Source of the DNA: Actinomycetota bacterium
Lineage (GTDB): Bacteria > Actinomycetota > Acidimicrobiia > IMCC26256 > VFJJ01
Assembly: GCA_009886115.1 (NCBI GenBank)
Contig: VFJJ01000081.1
Coordinates: 1 to 50,578 of the forward strand
Direction of reading: 5' to 3'
Length of the DNA: 50,578 bases
This document shows, in pieces, positions 8,349 through 17,595 of the stretch (the first letter of the stretch is position 1; every line of letters begins with the position of its first letter). Below the pieces are notes generated by a model that was given only the letters and a program-made list of their open reading frames with translations, ran no database searches and was not told the DNA's origin. The position numbers and the translations under genes are program-made.

Positions 8349-9593
8349 GTGAACTCATCGACGCTCCGTCAAGCAGCCGCCGGCCTCGCCCGGGCTCGCA
8401 CCATGGTCGATCTCCGGCAGGCCGAGGGGAACCGTTGGGAGCGGGGTCTGCGGCGGGCCCGCAACATCGCCGACGTCCGCGAGCTCGCCCGTCGGCGCCT
8501 GCCCCCGATGATCTTCGACTTCACCGACGGCGGCGCCGAGGACGAGGTCACGCTGGGGCGGAACTCGTCGGGATTCGGTCGGTGGCGCTTCCAGCCCCGG
8601 TCGCTCGTCGACGTGAGGACGGTCGACACTTCGACCACGGTCATGGGCCAGCCCATCTCGCTGCCCGTGGTGCTGTCCCCCTGCGGCTTGGCGCGCCTGA
8701 ACCATCCCGACGGCGAACGCGCCGCAGCACGCGCGGCAGGGAGGGCTGGAACGGTGTTCGCGCTCTCGACGGGGGCGAGCTGCTCGATCGAGGATGTCGC
8801 CGAAGCCGCAGCCGGTGGTCCGTTGTGGATGCAGCTGTATGTGTGGCGCGACCGGGGTGTCGTCAAGGAGTTGATCGCCCGGGCCCGCGACGCGGGGTAC
8901 GTGGGCTGTGTGCTCACGGTCGACGTTCCAACCGTCGGCAACCGTGAACGCGACGCCGCGCACGGGATGGCGCTGCCGCCGCGCATCACCCCGCGCAACG
9001 TGGTGAGCTCGGCGACCCGTCCAGGATGGTGGTGGCCTTTCATCACGAGCCCGGAGGTGACGTTCGAGATCGTGCGCGACAAGGCCGCCGGCAGTCGCGA
9101 CGCAGGAACGCTCGGCGCCTACGCCAGCAGCCAGATCGACCCTGGCGTCACGTGGGACGACCTGGCATGGATGGTCGATGCGTGGGACGGGAACTTCGCC
9201 ATCAAGGGCGTGATGCGCCCCGGCGACGCCGTGCGGGCGGTCGAGGCCGGCGTGCAGGCCGTGATCGTGTCGAACCATGGTGGCCGTCAGCTCGACCACG
9301 CGGTGTCGCCGATCGACGTGCTGGCCGATGTGGTCGCAGCGGTCGACGGCCGGGCCGAGGTGATCCTCGACGGCGGGGTGCGCCGAGGGACCGACGTCTG
9401 CAAGGCACTGGCCTTGGGAGCACAGGCGGTGATGGTCGGGCGTCCCTACATGTGGGGGTTGGGTGCTGGTGGCGAAGCGGGCGTCGATCGGGTGCTCGAG
9501 ATCCTTCGCGGCGAGATCACCCGCACGCTCACGTTGCTCGGCTGCCCGACCGTCGCCGACCTCGACCGTTCGTTCGTGGCCACGCTGCCCTGA
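8349..9593 (+). CDS. FMN-dependent alpha-hydroxy acid oxidase/dehydrogenase
   Basis: DGGAEDEVTL, WMQLY, LTVDVP, SNHGGRQLD, DGGVRRGTD. Start uncertain. Confidence 0.92.
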   Translation: MNSSTLRQAAAGLARARTMVDLRQAEGNRWERGLRRARNIADVRELARRRLPPMIFDFTDGGAEDEVTLGRNSSGFGRWRFQPRSLVDVRTVDTSTTVMGQPISLPVVLSPCGLARLNHPDGERAAARAAGRAGTVFALSTGASCSIEDVAEAAAGGPLWMQLYVWRDRGVVKELIARARDAGYVGCVLTVDVPTVGNRERDAAHGMALPPRITPRNVVSSATRPGWWWPFITSPEVTFEIVRDKAAGSRDAGTLGAYASSQIDPGVTWDDLAWMVDAWDGNFAIKGVMRPGDAVRAVEAGVQAVIVSNHGGRQLDHAVSPIDVLADVVAAVDGRAEVILDGGVRRGTDVCKALALGAQAVMVGRPYMWGLGAGGEAGVDRVLEILRGEITRTLTLLGCPTVADLDRSFVATLP

Positions 9594-9625
9594 CGTCGCC
9601 CGTCGTGGCGCTCAGCCACCGAAGC

Positions 9626-10540
9626 TCAGCCAGCGGCGCGTTTGCGGGGATCGGAGGGGAACGCCCGGGCGGCGACGCAGGCGGCCGACCACTCGGCGAG
9701 CCGATCGATCGTGGGGTCGAGATCGTCGCCGATCGCGTCGACGATCGACCGCTGGAGCTCGTCGGTGCGGTCCTCGAGCGCCACGCGCGCCTGATGGCCC
9801 TTGGTCGTGAGCTCGTCGGCTGCGACGAGGCCCCGCATGCCCAACGACGCGGCGGCGGCCGCGATCGCCTCGGGCGCCCAGCCCCGCGTCGCGGTGTAGG
9901 TGCCGAGCGGCATCTCGCACCACAGCTCGGTGAGGATGTTCAGCTCGACGGCACCGAAGCCGGCGCCGAGGCCGGCCAACAGGTGCGAGTCACCCCGGTG
10001 CTCACGCAGGAGCTCGCAGGCCCGCCACAAGCGCCCGACGGGCGACGCCGGCGCCGACGTGGAAGCCAGCCCTGCGAACAGGGCACGGGCCGAGACCTCG
10101 GCCGCGGCGATCCCCCGTTCGAGCACGGTGACGACATCGACGATCGACTCGGTGGGAACGGCTCTCAGGATCTCGCTCAGGCTCTCCTCGGCGCCGCGCT
10201 GACGGGCGTCGAGGATGTCGGTCAGGCTGACGATCGCCCGCGCGGCCACGTAGGCCTCCCGGAGATGCGTCGGCTCCATCACGCCGAACGCCGCCACGAC
10301 GACACCGGGCGAAGCGTCGCCGAGCCCGGCGGCACGCCCCCAGACGTACCCGCTGAAGAAATTGAGCCCCAGCTTCCGGTAGCCGTCGTTGACGGGCCGC
10401 GACCAGAACGCGTGCGCCCCGATGGGCTCGATGGCATCGCGCAGACGTCGGGCGCTGGTGGCTGAACGCGTCGGGGCCGGCGCGGCGATCTCGTCGGCGG
10501 ATGGGCTCAGGTAGGCGGTGGCGACGACGTCGTAGTCCAT
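9626..10540 (-). CDS. Conserved actinobacterial protein (SCO6745-like family)
   Basis: ARRLRDAIEPI, YVWGRAAGLG, LREHRGDSH and RGW motifs recalled for this family. Confidence 0.75.
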   Translation of the reverse strand: MDYDVVATAYLSPSADEIAAPAPTRSATSARRLRDAIEPIGAHAFWSRPVNDGYRKLGLNFFSGYVWGRAAGLGDASPGVVVAAFGVMEPTHLREAYVAARAIVSLTDILDARQRGAEESLSEILRAVPTESIVDVVTVLERGIAAAEVSARALFAGLASTSAPASPVGRLWRACELLREHRGDSHLLAGLGAGFGAVELNILTELWCEMPLGTYTATRGWAPEAIAAAAASLGMRGLVAADELTTKGHQARVALEDRTDELQRSIVDAIGDDLDPTIDRLAEWSAACVAARAFPSDPRKRAAG

Positions 10541-10643
10541 GCTCGGAGCATGACAGAGCCTCCGAGTCGCGAGCGAGCGTGTGGACACGAGGGCCCGATC
10601 TTGACCGTGGTCCGGCGAGGCATCTACGTTGCTCGTGAGTGCC

Positions 10644-10657
10644 CTACCGACCGTTTG
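10644..10657. promoter_or_regulatory. Putative TetR operator
   Basis: CTACCGACCGTTTG (reverse complement CAAACGGTCGGTAG) in a divergent intergenic region; identical to the site at 23626-23639. Confidence 0.7.
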
Positions 10658-10719
10658 ATTGAATGACCACGACGGCGGCATTGGGTGGGGGCGGCGACGG
10701 CGAGCTGAGGGGGATCACC

Positions 10720-11472
10720 GTGCGACTGAACGGACGGACCGCTGTCATCACCGGCGGGTCCAGCGGGATCGGCGAGGCGACAGCGCGTCGCTTCGTGGCC
10801 GAAGGAGCCGAGGTCCTGATCGCCGACCTGGCGTTCGACCGGGCCCAAGCGCTGGCGAAGGAACTGGGCGACGCCGCGTTCGCGGTCGCGTGCGACGTGC
10901 GTCGAGAGGCCGAGGTTGCTGCGGTGGCCAAGGCTGCGCTCGATCGCTGGGGCCACGTCGACATCCTCGTGAACAACGCGGGCTCCGAGCTGAACCGCAC
11001 CTACGACGAGACGACCGTCGAGGAGTGGGACCGCGTCCTCGACACCGATCTCAAGGGCCCGTGGCTGATGTGCAAGCACATCGTCCCGAGCATGGTGCAA
11101 CGAGGGCAGGGCAGCGTCGTGAACATCTCGTCGCTCAATGGCCTGGTGGGTTTCCCGCTGTCGACGGCCTACGGCAGCGCCAAGGGTGGGCTCGTCGTCT
11201 TCACCAAGGACCTCGCGATCGAGCTGGCCGCCACCGGGGTACGGATCAACTGCGTGTGCCCCGGCGTCATCCAGACGCCGATGATGGAGCGCTGGACGGC
11301 CCTCATGCCCGACCAGGAAGAGGCCAAGGAGATGCTCCGCAACACGATGCCCGTCGGGCGCATGGGCCGCCCGGACGAGATCGCCGGGGCCATCCTGTTC
11401 TTCGCCTCGGACGACTCGACGCTGTGCCAGGGCTCGATCCTCTCGGTCGACGGCGGGTTCGTCGCGCAGTGA
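10720..11472 (+). CDS. SDR family oxidoreductase
   Basis: TGGSSGIG, NNAG, YGSAK; GTG start after GAGGGG. Confidence 0.93.
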   Translation: MRLNGRTAVITGGSSGIGEATARRFVAEGAEVLIADLAFDRAQALAKELGDAAFAVACDVRREAEVAAVAKAALDRWGHVDILVNNAGSELNRTYDETTVEEWDRVLDTDLKGPWLMCKHIVPSMVQRGQGSVVNISSLNGLVGFPLSTAYGSAKGGLVVFTKDLAIELAATGVRINCVCPGVIQTPMMERWTALMPDQEEAKEMLRNTMPVGRMGRPDEIAGAILFFASDDSTLCQGSILSVDGGFVAQ

Positions 11473-11804
11473 CCGTCGGCACTCCGGCTCGCGCCGGAGA
11501 AGGTATCGCCGATGATCTCGGCGAGGCCGTCACCACCGTCGTGGCCTGGTTGGCCGCGGGCAAGGCTGCGGTGTGGAACGTGTCGAATGCCGGCGAGGCG
11601 CTGCGCCCGGCCATCGATCAGGCCAATGAAGACGGCATCCCGTTCATTGGCACCTACGCCGGCAACGAGGTGGGTTCGATCGACATCCGCGAAGCCTCTT
11701 GGCCCGACATCGTCCGCCGCGGGGTGCTCATCCTCGCCGTCTCGGCGTCGGGAATCCTCAACAAGCTGTTCCGACAAGCATCCCGCACGGGAGGGAACCC
11801 ATGA
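11469..11804 (+). pseudogene. Short ORF that looks like a collapsed ABC-transporter remnant
   Basis: ALRPAIDQANEDGIPFIG resembles sugar-binding proteins; DIVRRGVLILAVSASGILNKL resembles a permease C-terminus. Overlaps both neighbours by 4 nt. Confidence 0.45.
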
Positions 11805-12910
11805 AGGCCGCCGTCGTGTACGAGTACGGTCAGCCCATCGAGACGGTCGACGCCCATCTCGGCGAGGTCGGCCCCAACGACGTGAGGGTTGCGATCAGGG
11901 CCTCGGGCCTGTGCCACAGCGACGTCTCGGTGCAGACCGGCGCGTTGCCCTTCCCCTTGCCGATGATCCTGGGCCACGAGGGCGCCGGCGTCGTCGAGGC
12001 CGTGGGGGACGCGGTCACGACCTGCGTCCCGGGCGACCACGTGGTGCTGTCTGCGCTCATCCACTGCGGCATCTGCGACAACTGTGTGAAGGGCCGCCCC
12101 AACCTGTGCTTCTGGGGGCTCAACACCATCTTCGGGGGTCGCAACCCCGACGGCTCACTGCGCGCTCGCGATGCACAGGGACGGGAGCTGTACCAGTTCT
12201 CGTCGATCGGCACCTTGGCCGAGGAGCTCGTCTGTCACGAGAAGCACGCGATACCCATCCCGAGGGACGTGTCGTTCGAGGCGGCATGCCTCACCGGTTG
12301 CGGCGTGCTGACCGGGCTCTCGGCCGTGCTCAATCGGGCCCGCGTCGAGGCCGGGAAGTCGGTCGTGGTGATCGGCTGCGGCGGAGTCGGCCTGAACGTG
12401 ATCCAGGGTGCTGTGCTCGCCAGCGCCGGGATGATCGTGGCCGTCGACCTCAACGAGACCAAGCTCGACATGGCCCGGCGCTTCGGCGCCACCCACACCC
12501 TCAACGCTGCGACGGTCGGAAGCATCCCCGACGCCGTCCGCGAGCTGACCGGAGGATTCGGCGCCGACTACGTGTTCGAGGTGGTCGGGGTACCCGAGCT
12601 GGTACGCCAGGGGTGGGATTCACTGCGCATCGACGGCACCCTCACGGTGATCGGCGTGCACCCGTCGACCTCGGAGGCGATCCTGCCGGCTGGGGAGTTC
12701 GCCACCAGCGAGAAGACACTGATGTCCTGCTTGTACGGGACCTCCCGGCCCACCAAGGACATCCCGCTGGCCGTCGAGCTGTACCGCCAGGGCCGACTCA
12801 AGCTCGACGAGCTCGTCACCCACCATTTCTCGCTCGACCAGATCAACGACGCCGTCGCCACGATGAATCGCGGGACCGATGCCCGGGGGGTCGTGGTCTT
12901 TGACGGGTGA
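11801..12910 (+). CDS. Zn-dependent alcohol dehydrogenase
   Basis: GLCHSD, GHEGAG, CGICDNC...C structural Zn site, GCGGVG. Confidence 0.95.
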   Translation: MKAAVVYEYGQPIETVDAHLGEVGPNDVRVAIRASGLCHSDVSVQTGALPFPLPMILGHEGAGVVEAVGDAVTTCVPGDHVVLSALIHCGICDNCVKGRPNLCFWGLNTIFGGRNPDGSLRARDAQGRELYQFSSIGTLAEELVCHEKHAIPIPRDVSFEAACLTGCGVLTGLSAVLNRARVEAGKSVVVIGCGGVGLNVIQGAVLASAGMIVAVDLNETKLDMARRFGATHTLNAATVGSIPDAVRELTGGFGADYVFEVVGVPELVRQGWDSLRIDGTLTVIGVHPSTSEAILPAGEFATSEKTLMSCLYGTSRPTKDIPLAVELYRQGRLKLDELVTHHFSLDQINDAVATMNRGTDARGVVVFDG

Positions 12911-12962
12911 AAGGCGCGGGACCGGCGTGACGGGTGGTCGGAGACGATCGGTCGCCCGATGT

Positions 12963-13541
12963 CTACCGAGCGGGCGTGGGGCGGTCGGTGTGGGGGAATT
13001 CGGTCGGATAGTCGGAGGGGAGGTCGCTGACGTGCCAGATGTTGGTCTGCCACCAGCGCCACTCGCCCGCCAGCACCTGCTCGACGGTGGCCGTCGGATG
13101 CGGCGTCAACCAGTCGAGGTCGCTCGACACGATCTGGAACAGGCAGCCGAAGCCCGACTTCGGTCGCACGAAGGTCTCGCTCCAGCTCGACAGGCGCAGA
13201 TCGGTGTCGACCGTCTCGAACCCGGTGGCCGTGAGCTCGGCGATGGTGGCCTCGACGTCGGGCACGAAGATCGTGGCATGGTGGAAGCCCTCGCCTCGGC
13301 GCTCGATGTGGCGGTGGAGGTACGAATGCTCGTCGAGCGGCTGCATCAGCTCCACCTTGACTGCCACCGGGAGCTTGAACATGAGCGTCCGGGTGCGCAG
13401 CAGCAGATCGTCGCCCCCCTTGATGAACACGCCTCCGAGCACATCGCGGAAGAACGGGATGCCCTGCTCGATCGAGCGCATCGCGATCGCCACATGGTCC
13501 CAGCGCACGATCTTGTCGGCGCCTGTGAGCGACGGTGTCAT
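12963..13541 (-). CDS. VOC family protein (methylmalonyl-CoA epimerase-like)
   Basis: DHVAIA, KVELMQP, RGEGFHHATI, FVRPKSGFGCLFQI. Confidence 0.88.
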   Translation of the reverse strand: MTPSLTGADKIVRWDHVAIAMRSIEQGIPFFRDVLGGVFIKGGDDLLLRTRTLMFKLPVAVKVELMQPLDEHSYLHRHIERRGEGFHHATIFVPDVEATIAELTATGFETVDTDLRLSSWSETFVRPKSGFGCLFQIVSSDLDWLTPHPTATVEQVLAGEWRWWQTNIWHVSDLPSDYPTEFPHTDRPTPAR

Positions 13542-13573
13542 CTGGTCTCCGTTCCGGTGTCTGTGCTATCTAC

Positions 13574-13587
13574 CAAACAACCGGTTG
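13574..13587. promoter_or_regulatory. Putative TetR operator (degenerate)
   Basis: CAAACAACCGGTTG in the divergent VOC/cyclase intergenic region. Confidence 0.5.
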
Positions 13588-13687
13588 AACAGCAAAGCGC
13601 CGACGATCGCCCATGGGCGGGTCGAAGGGGCCCGTCCCGCTGCCGAGTCGCATTCGTTCACTGCCTCACCTACACGAAGGGATCTCC

Positions 13688-14707
13688 ATGGGCCGCAACG
13701 TTCCCGGCGATTTCGCCACCCGCTGGACCCCGCCCGCCTACACCGTCGACGATGACGGCAAGGTCGTCGGCGGCTACACCCCGCCCGGATTGAACAACTG
13801 GGGACGCTGGGGCGCCAACGACCAGCGCGGCACCCAGAATCTCGTGGGCCCAGCGCAGATCGCGCGCGCCGCAGGGCTCGTTCGTGACGGCAAGGTGTTC
13901 TCGATGGCCCTCACGATCGACGCCGACGCCCCGCGCTTTCCCACCCGCCCCGCGCCGCAGCACTACTTCCTCTCGACCGGGGCCGACGCCGTCGCCGGAT
14001 CGCCCGTGCAGATCGCCATGCCGGGATACCAGTGGAACGACGACATGATCACCATGGCGCTCCAGGGCTCGACCCAGTGGGACGGCTTCGGGCACTTCAT
14101 GGCCCACGACACGATGTACAACGGTTACTGGGCTGGAAACGTCACCGCGGCGGGTGGGGCGGCCGTGCTCGGGATGGAGCACATGTACGAGAGCTTCATC
14201 GGGCGCGGTGTGCTGCTCGACCTGGCTCGGCTGCGCGGGGTCGAATGGCTCCCTGAGGCGTCCGAGGTGAACGCGGCGATGCTCGACGAGTGCCTGGCCG
14301 CCCAGGGCGTCGCCTTGGAGACGGGCGACATCGTCCTGCTGCGGACGGGCTTCCTCCAGAAGTGGGAGCGCTTGCAGACCTTCGACGAGCGGGTCGCCTA
14401 TTTCGGTGACACTCCCGGCCTCATCGAGGATTGCGTGGAATGGCTCTACCGAAACGACGTGTCGGCCCTGGCTGCTGACACGGTGGGCATCGAGGTCCTG
14501 GCCCCGACCACACCGCAGAGTCGGGTGCTGCCCATCCACCACGGCTGCCTCGTCGATCTCGGCCTTCCTCTCGGCGAGTTCTGGGACCTCGAGGCGCTCG
14601 CGGCCGACTGCGCCGACGACGGACGCTACGAGTTCATGCTGGTGGCGCCGCCGCTGCGCGTACCCCATGCGGTGGGCTCGCCCCTCAACCCCATTGCCAT
14701 GAAGTGA
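13688..14707 (+). CDS. Cyclase family (kynurenine formamidase-like) metal-dependent hydrolase
   Basis: NWGRWGANDQRG, QGSTQWDGFGH, GRGVLLD, GDIVLLRTG, GSPLNPIA. Confidence 0.92.
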   Translation: MGRNVPGDFATRWTPPAYTVDDDGKVVGGYTPPGLNNWGRWGANDQRGTQNLVGPAQIARAAGLVRDGKVFSMALTIDADAPRFPTRPAPQHYFLSTGADAVAGSPVQIAMPGYQWNDDMITMALQGSTQWDGFGHFMAHDTMYNGYWAGNVTAAGGAAVLGMEHMYESFIGRGVLLDLARLRGVEWLPEASEVNAAMLDECLAAQGVALETGDIVLLRTGFLQKWERLQTFDERVAYFGDTPGLIEDCVEWLYRNDVSALAADTVGIEVLAPTTPQSRVLPIHHGCLVDLGLPLGEFWDLEALAADCADDGRYEFMLVAPPLRVPHAVGSPLNPIAMK

Positions 14708-14720
14708 CGAGGGTCCCCAG

Positions 14721-16340
14721 GTGACGACACCGGCTCCGTGGACCTTGGGTCCTGACGAGCCGCGTGTGATCGGCGACTGGATCCGGCACAAGGCGCTGCG
14801 CAATCGAGAGAAGGTGGCGCTCGACATCGTTGGCCGCGAGAAGACCTATGTCGGTGTCGACCGCGACAGCGACCGGGTCGCCGCGGGCCTGTCCGCCCTC
14901 GGGCTGGGTCTGGGCGACAACGCGTCGCTGATGATGAAGAACAGCCTCGAGAACGTCGACGCCTGGTTCGCCATGGCCAAGGCCGGCATCGTGGAGGTTC
15001 CGATCAACCATGCCAATCGGGGATATCTCCTCGAGTACCTGATCGGACACTCGCACTCGAGGGCGATCGTGATCGACGAGGAGTACCTCGACCGCATCGC
15101 CGAGGTCGCTCCGAACCTCACCGGGCTCGAGCACGTCATCGTGCACCGCGAGGGTCTCGGCTTGGGAACCCCGTCGCTTCCCGGGCACGTCACCGTGCAC
15201 GAGCTGAACGACCTGTATCTCGACGTTCCGCCTCCTGCTCCGGCGCTCGACCGGCTGTCCCGGTCGGTCATTCTCTACACCTCGGGCACGACCGGGCCGT
15301 CGAAAGGGGTGTGCCTCTCACACGAGGCGAACCTCAACTTGACCCGTCACACGCGGTGGCTCGTGGGCTACGACGCCGACGACGTGCTCTACACGGCCTT
15401 CCCGCTGTTCCATGTGAACGCCAAGTACACCAGCGTGATGTGCGCCATGGAGGCCGACGCCAAGCTGGTGATGGACCAGAGGTTCTCGGCCAGCCACTTC
15501 TGGACGATGTGTCGCGACAAGGGCATCACCGCGTTCAACTACCAGGGCGGGCTGCTGATGATGCTCTGGAAGCAGCCCGAGCGCGACGACGACGCCGAGC
15601 ACTCGGTGCGGCACGGGTTCGGGGCTCCGTGCCCCGTCGAGATATGGGAGCCGTTCGAGGACCGGTTCGGCGTGGAACTGGTCGAGGTGTACGGGATGAC
15701 CGAGGTGGCCGTCGCCACCGAGAACCCCGTCCAATCTCGGCGCATCGGCTCCGCCGGACGCGAATCCGACAACTATCACGTCACGATCGTCGACGAGAAC
15801 GACCTGCCCGTTCCGCCGGGTACGGCCGGCGAGATCGTCGTGCGTCCGAAGAAGCCGGGCATCATGATCGGTGAATACTTCGACATGCCCGACGCCACCG
15901 TGCACGCCTTCAGGAACCTGTGGTTCCACACGGGTGATCGGGGGCGCTTCGACGACGACGGGTACCTGTACTTCATCGACCGGATGAAAGACTGCGTGCG
16001 ACGTCGGGGCGAGAACATCTCGTCGTTCGAGGTCGAGGCGGTCATCAACACGCACGATGCCGTGCTGGAGTCGGCCGTGTTCGGCGTCCCGTCGGAGCTC
16101 GGCGAGGAAGAGGTCATGACCGCGCTCGTTCGCAAGCCCGGGCATACGCTCGACGAGGTCGCCCTGCTCGACCATTGCACTGGGCACATGGCCCACTTCG
16201 CCGTGCCGAGGTACGTGAGGTGGATGGACGATTTGCCCAAGACCCCGTCGCAGCGGGTCGAGAAGTACAAGCTCCGGGCCGAGGGTGTCACCGTCGACAC
16301 CTGGGACCGCGATGCCAACGGGTACAAGGTGAAGCGATGA
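14721..16340 (+). CDS. AMP-dependent acyl-CoA ligase (CaiC-like)
   Basis: YTSGTTGPSKG, YGMTE, WFHTGD, RRRGENISSFEVE, PKTPSQRVEK. Confidence 0.95.
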   Translation: MTTPAPWTLGPDEPRVIGDWIRHKALRNREKVALDIVGREKTYVGVDRDSDRVAAGLSALGLGLGDNASLMMKNSLENVDAWFAMAKAGIVEVPINHANRGYLLEYLIGHSHSRAIVIDEEYLDRIAEVAPNLTGLEHVIVHREGLGLGTPSLPGHVTVHELNDLYLDVPPPAPALDRLSRSVILYTSGTTGPSKGVCLSHEANLNLTRHTRWLVGYDADDVLYTAFPLFHVNAKYTSVMCAMEADAKLVMDQRFSASHFWTMCRDKGITAFNYQGGLLMMLWKQPERDDDAEHSVRHGFGAPCPVEIWEPFEDRFGVELVEVYGMTEVAVATENPVQSRRIGSAGRESDNYHVTIVDENDLPVPPGTAGEIVVRPKKPGIMIGEYFDMPDATVHAFRNLWFHTGDRGRFDDDGYLYFIDRMKDCVRRRGENISSFEVEAVINTHDAVLESAVFGVPSELGEEEVMTALVRKPGHTLDEVALLDHCTGHMAHFAVPRYVRWMDDLPKTPSQRVEKYKLRAEGVTVDTWDRDANGYKVKR

Positions 16341-17563
16341 CCGGCATCGCCGAGCACGAGCGCAGGTCGGGAGCCAGGTCAGCGGCCGCACCAGCTGATG
16401 TGATCGTCCTCGAGGAGTCCGACCTGCAGGAGCGGTTCCACGCCGAGGGCTGGAGCGACGGCTTGCCCGTCGTGGCCCCGACGCCCGACCGGGTCGACGC
16501 CATGTTGGCCGCGGCTCGTCTCGACCCCGATCTGGTGGTGGGGATCGTTCCCCAGCGCGACCGGGTCGTCACCGCGGAGAAGGTCGCCGTCAACGCGGTC
16601 ATGGCCGGATGCCGGCCGGAGTACTTCCCATTGGTCGTCACGGCGATGGGGGCCATCCTCCAGCCCGCGTTCAACGCCCACACGGTGATCACGTCCACGG
16701 GTGGGGCAGCCCTGTGCCTCGTCGTCAGCGGTACCGAGGCCGACCGGCTCGGGATGAACGCCGCGCACAACGTGCTGGGCTCCGGCAACCGGGCCAATGC
16801 CACCATCGGTCGAGCCGTCAGGCTCGTCGCCCGGAACGTCCTCGGGGCGAGCTCCCCCGGGCTCGATGGATCGAGCTTCGGCCATCCCGGCAAGTACTCG
16901 TTGTGCATCGCCGAGGCGCCACCGCCGGCGGGTTGGGAGCCGCTTAGGGTCGAGCTCGGCTTCAGTGCCGACGACAGCACGGTCACGGTCGCGCCCACCG
17001 AAGGGCCGTGGCAGATTGCCAACCACCTGTCGCCTGCGGCACGCGACATCCTCCTCACCTTCGCCGCCGCGATCAGGTGCCCGGTCACGTTCTCGGTGGG
17101 CAAGGGCGGCCACGAGGTCGTGGTGCTGTTCGGGCCCGAGCATGCGCAGGCTGTTGCCGCCGAAGGCTGGACCCGTTCGGATGTGTGCGAGTTCCTCGTC
17201 GCGCACACGCGGGTCACGCCCGAGGAGTTGGCTGCGGCCGGCGTGCACCTGGAGGTGGGAGCCCAGCACGACATGACCCCAGACGCCGATGGGCGACTGG
17301 CGACCCTGGCGTCGCCGGCTTCGGTGTACGTCGTCACCTGTGGCGGCGCCGGGGCGGGGTGGTCGGCCTACCTGCCAACATGGGCGCCCAGCATCCACGC
17401 CCGGGCCGTGACGCTGCGGATCCCGAGACCGCACGAGCGCTGGCCGTGCACCGATGTCCACGGCCGTACGATCGACTGGTTGGTGTTCGCGCCGCCCTCA
17501 GCTCCCCAACCCCCGCGCCGCCTGCAGCACGTGCATGACCCAACGCGCGCCGCTTTCGCGTGA
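16337..17563 (+). CDS. Conserved hypothetical protein, partner of UGSC-type selenoproteins
   Basis: WSDGLPVVAPT, EKVAVNAVMAGC, GNRANATIGRA, GHPGKY motifs; ATGA overlap with the ligase. Confidence 0.8.
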   Translation: MTGIAEHERRSGARSAAAPADVIVLEESDLQERFHAEGWSDGLPVVAPTPDRVDAMLAAARLDPDLVVGIVPQRDRVVTAEKVAVNAVMAGCRPEYFPLVVTAMGAILQPAFNAHTVITSTGGAALCLVVSGTEADRLGMNAAHNVLGSGNRANATIGRAVRLVARNVLGASSPGLDGSSFGHPGKYSLCIAEAPPPAGWEPLRVELGFSADDSTVTVAPTEGPWQIANHLSPAARDILLTFAAAIRCPVTFSVGKGGHEVVVLFGPEHAQAVAAEGWTRSDVCEFLVAHTRVTPEELAAAGVHLEVGAQHDMTPDADGRLATLASPASVYVVTCGGAGAGWSAYLPTWAPSIHARAVTLRIPRPHERWPCTDVHGRTIDWLVFAPPSAPQPPRRLQHVHDPTRAAFA

Positions 17564-17595
17564 GGCGCCAGCACCGACAGATCGAGGAGCAGACC

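Noticed and set aside
8349..9593. Mycofactocin MftD and a mycofactocin cluster
   Set aside because: No mftA, mftB or mftC in the window; the sequence looks like a general LldD-type oxidase.
12941..12954. GAGACGATCGGTCG as a ninth operator
   Set aside because: Two mismatches in the conserved CAAAC half and located between convergent gene ends.
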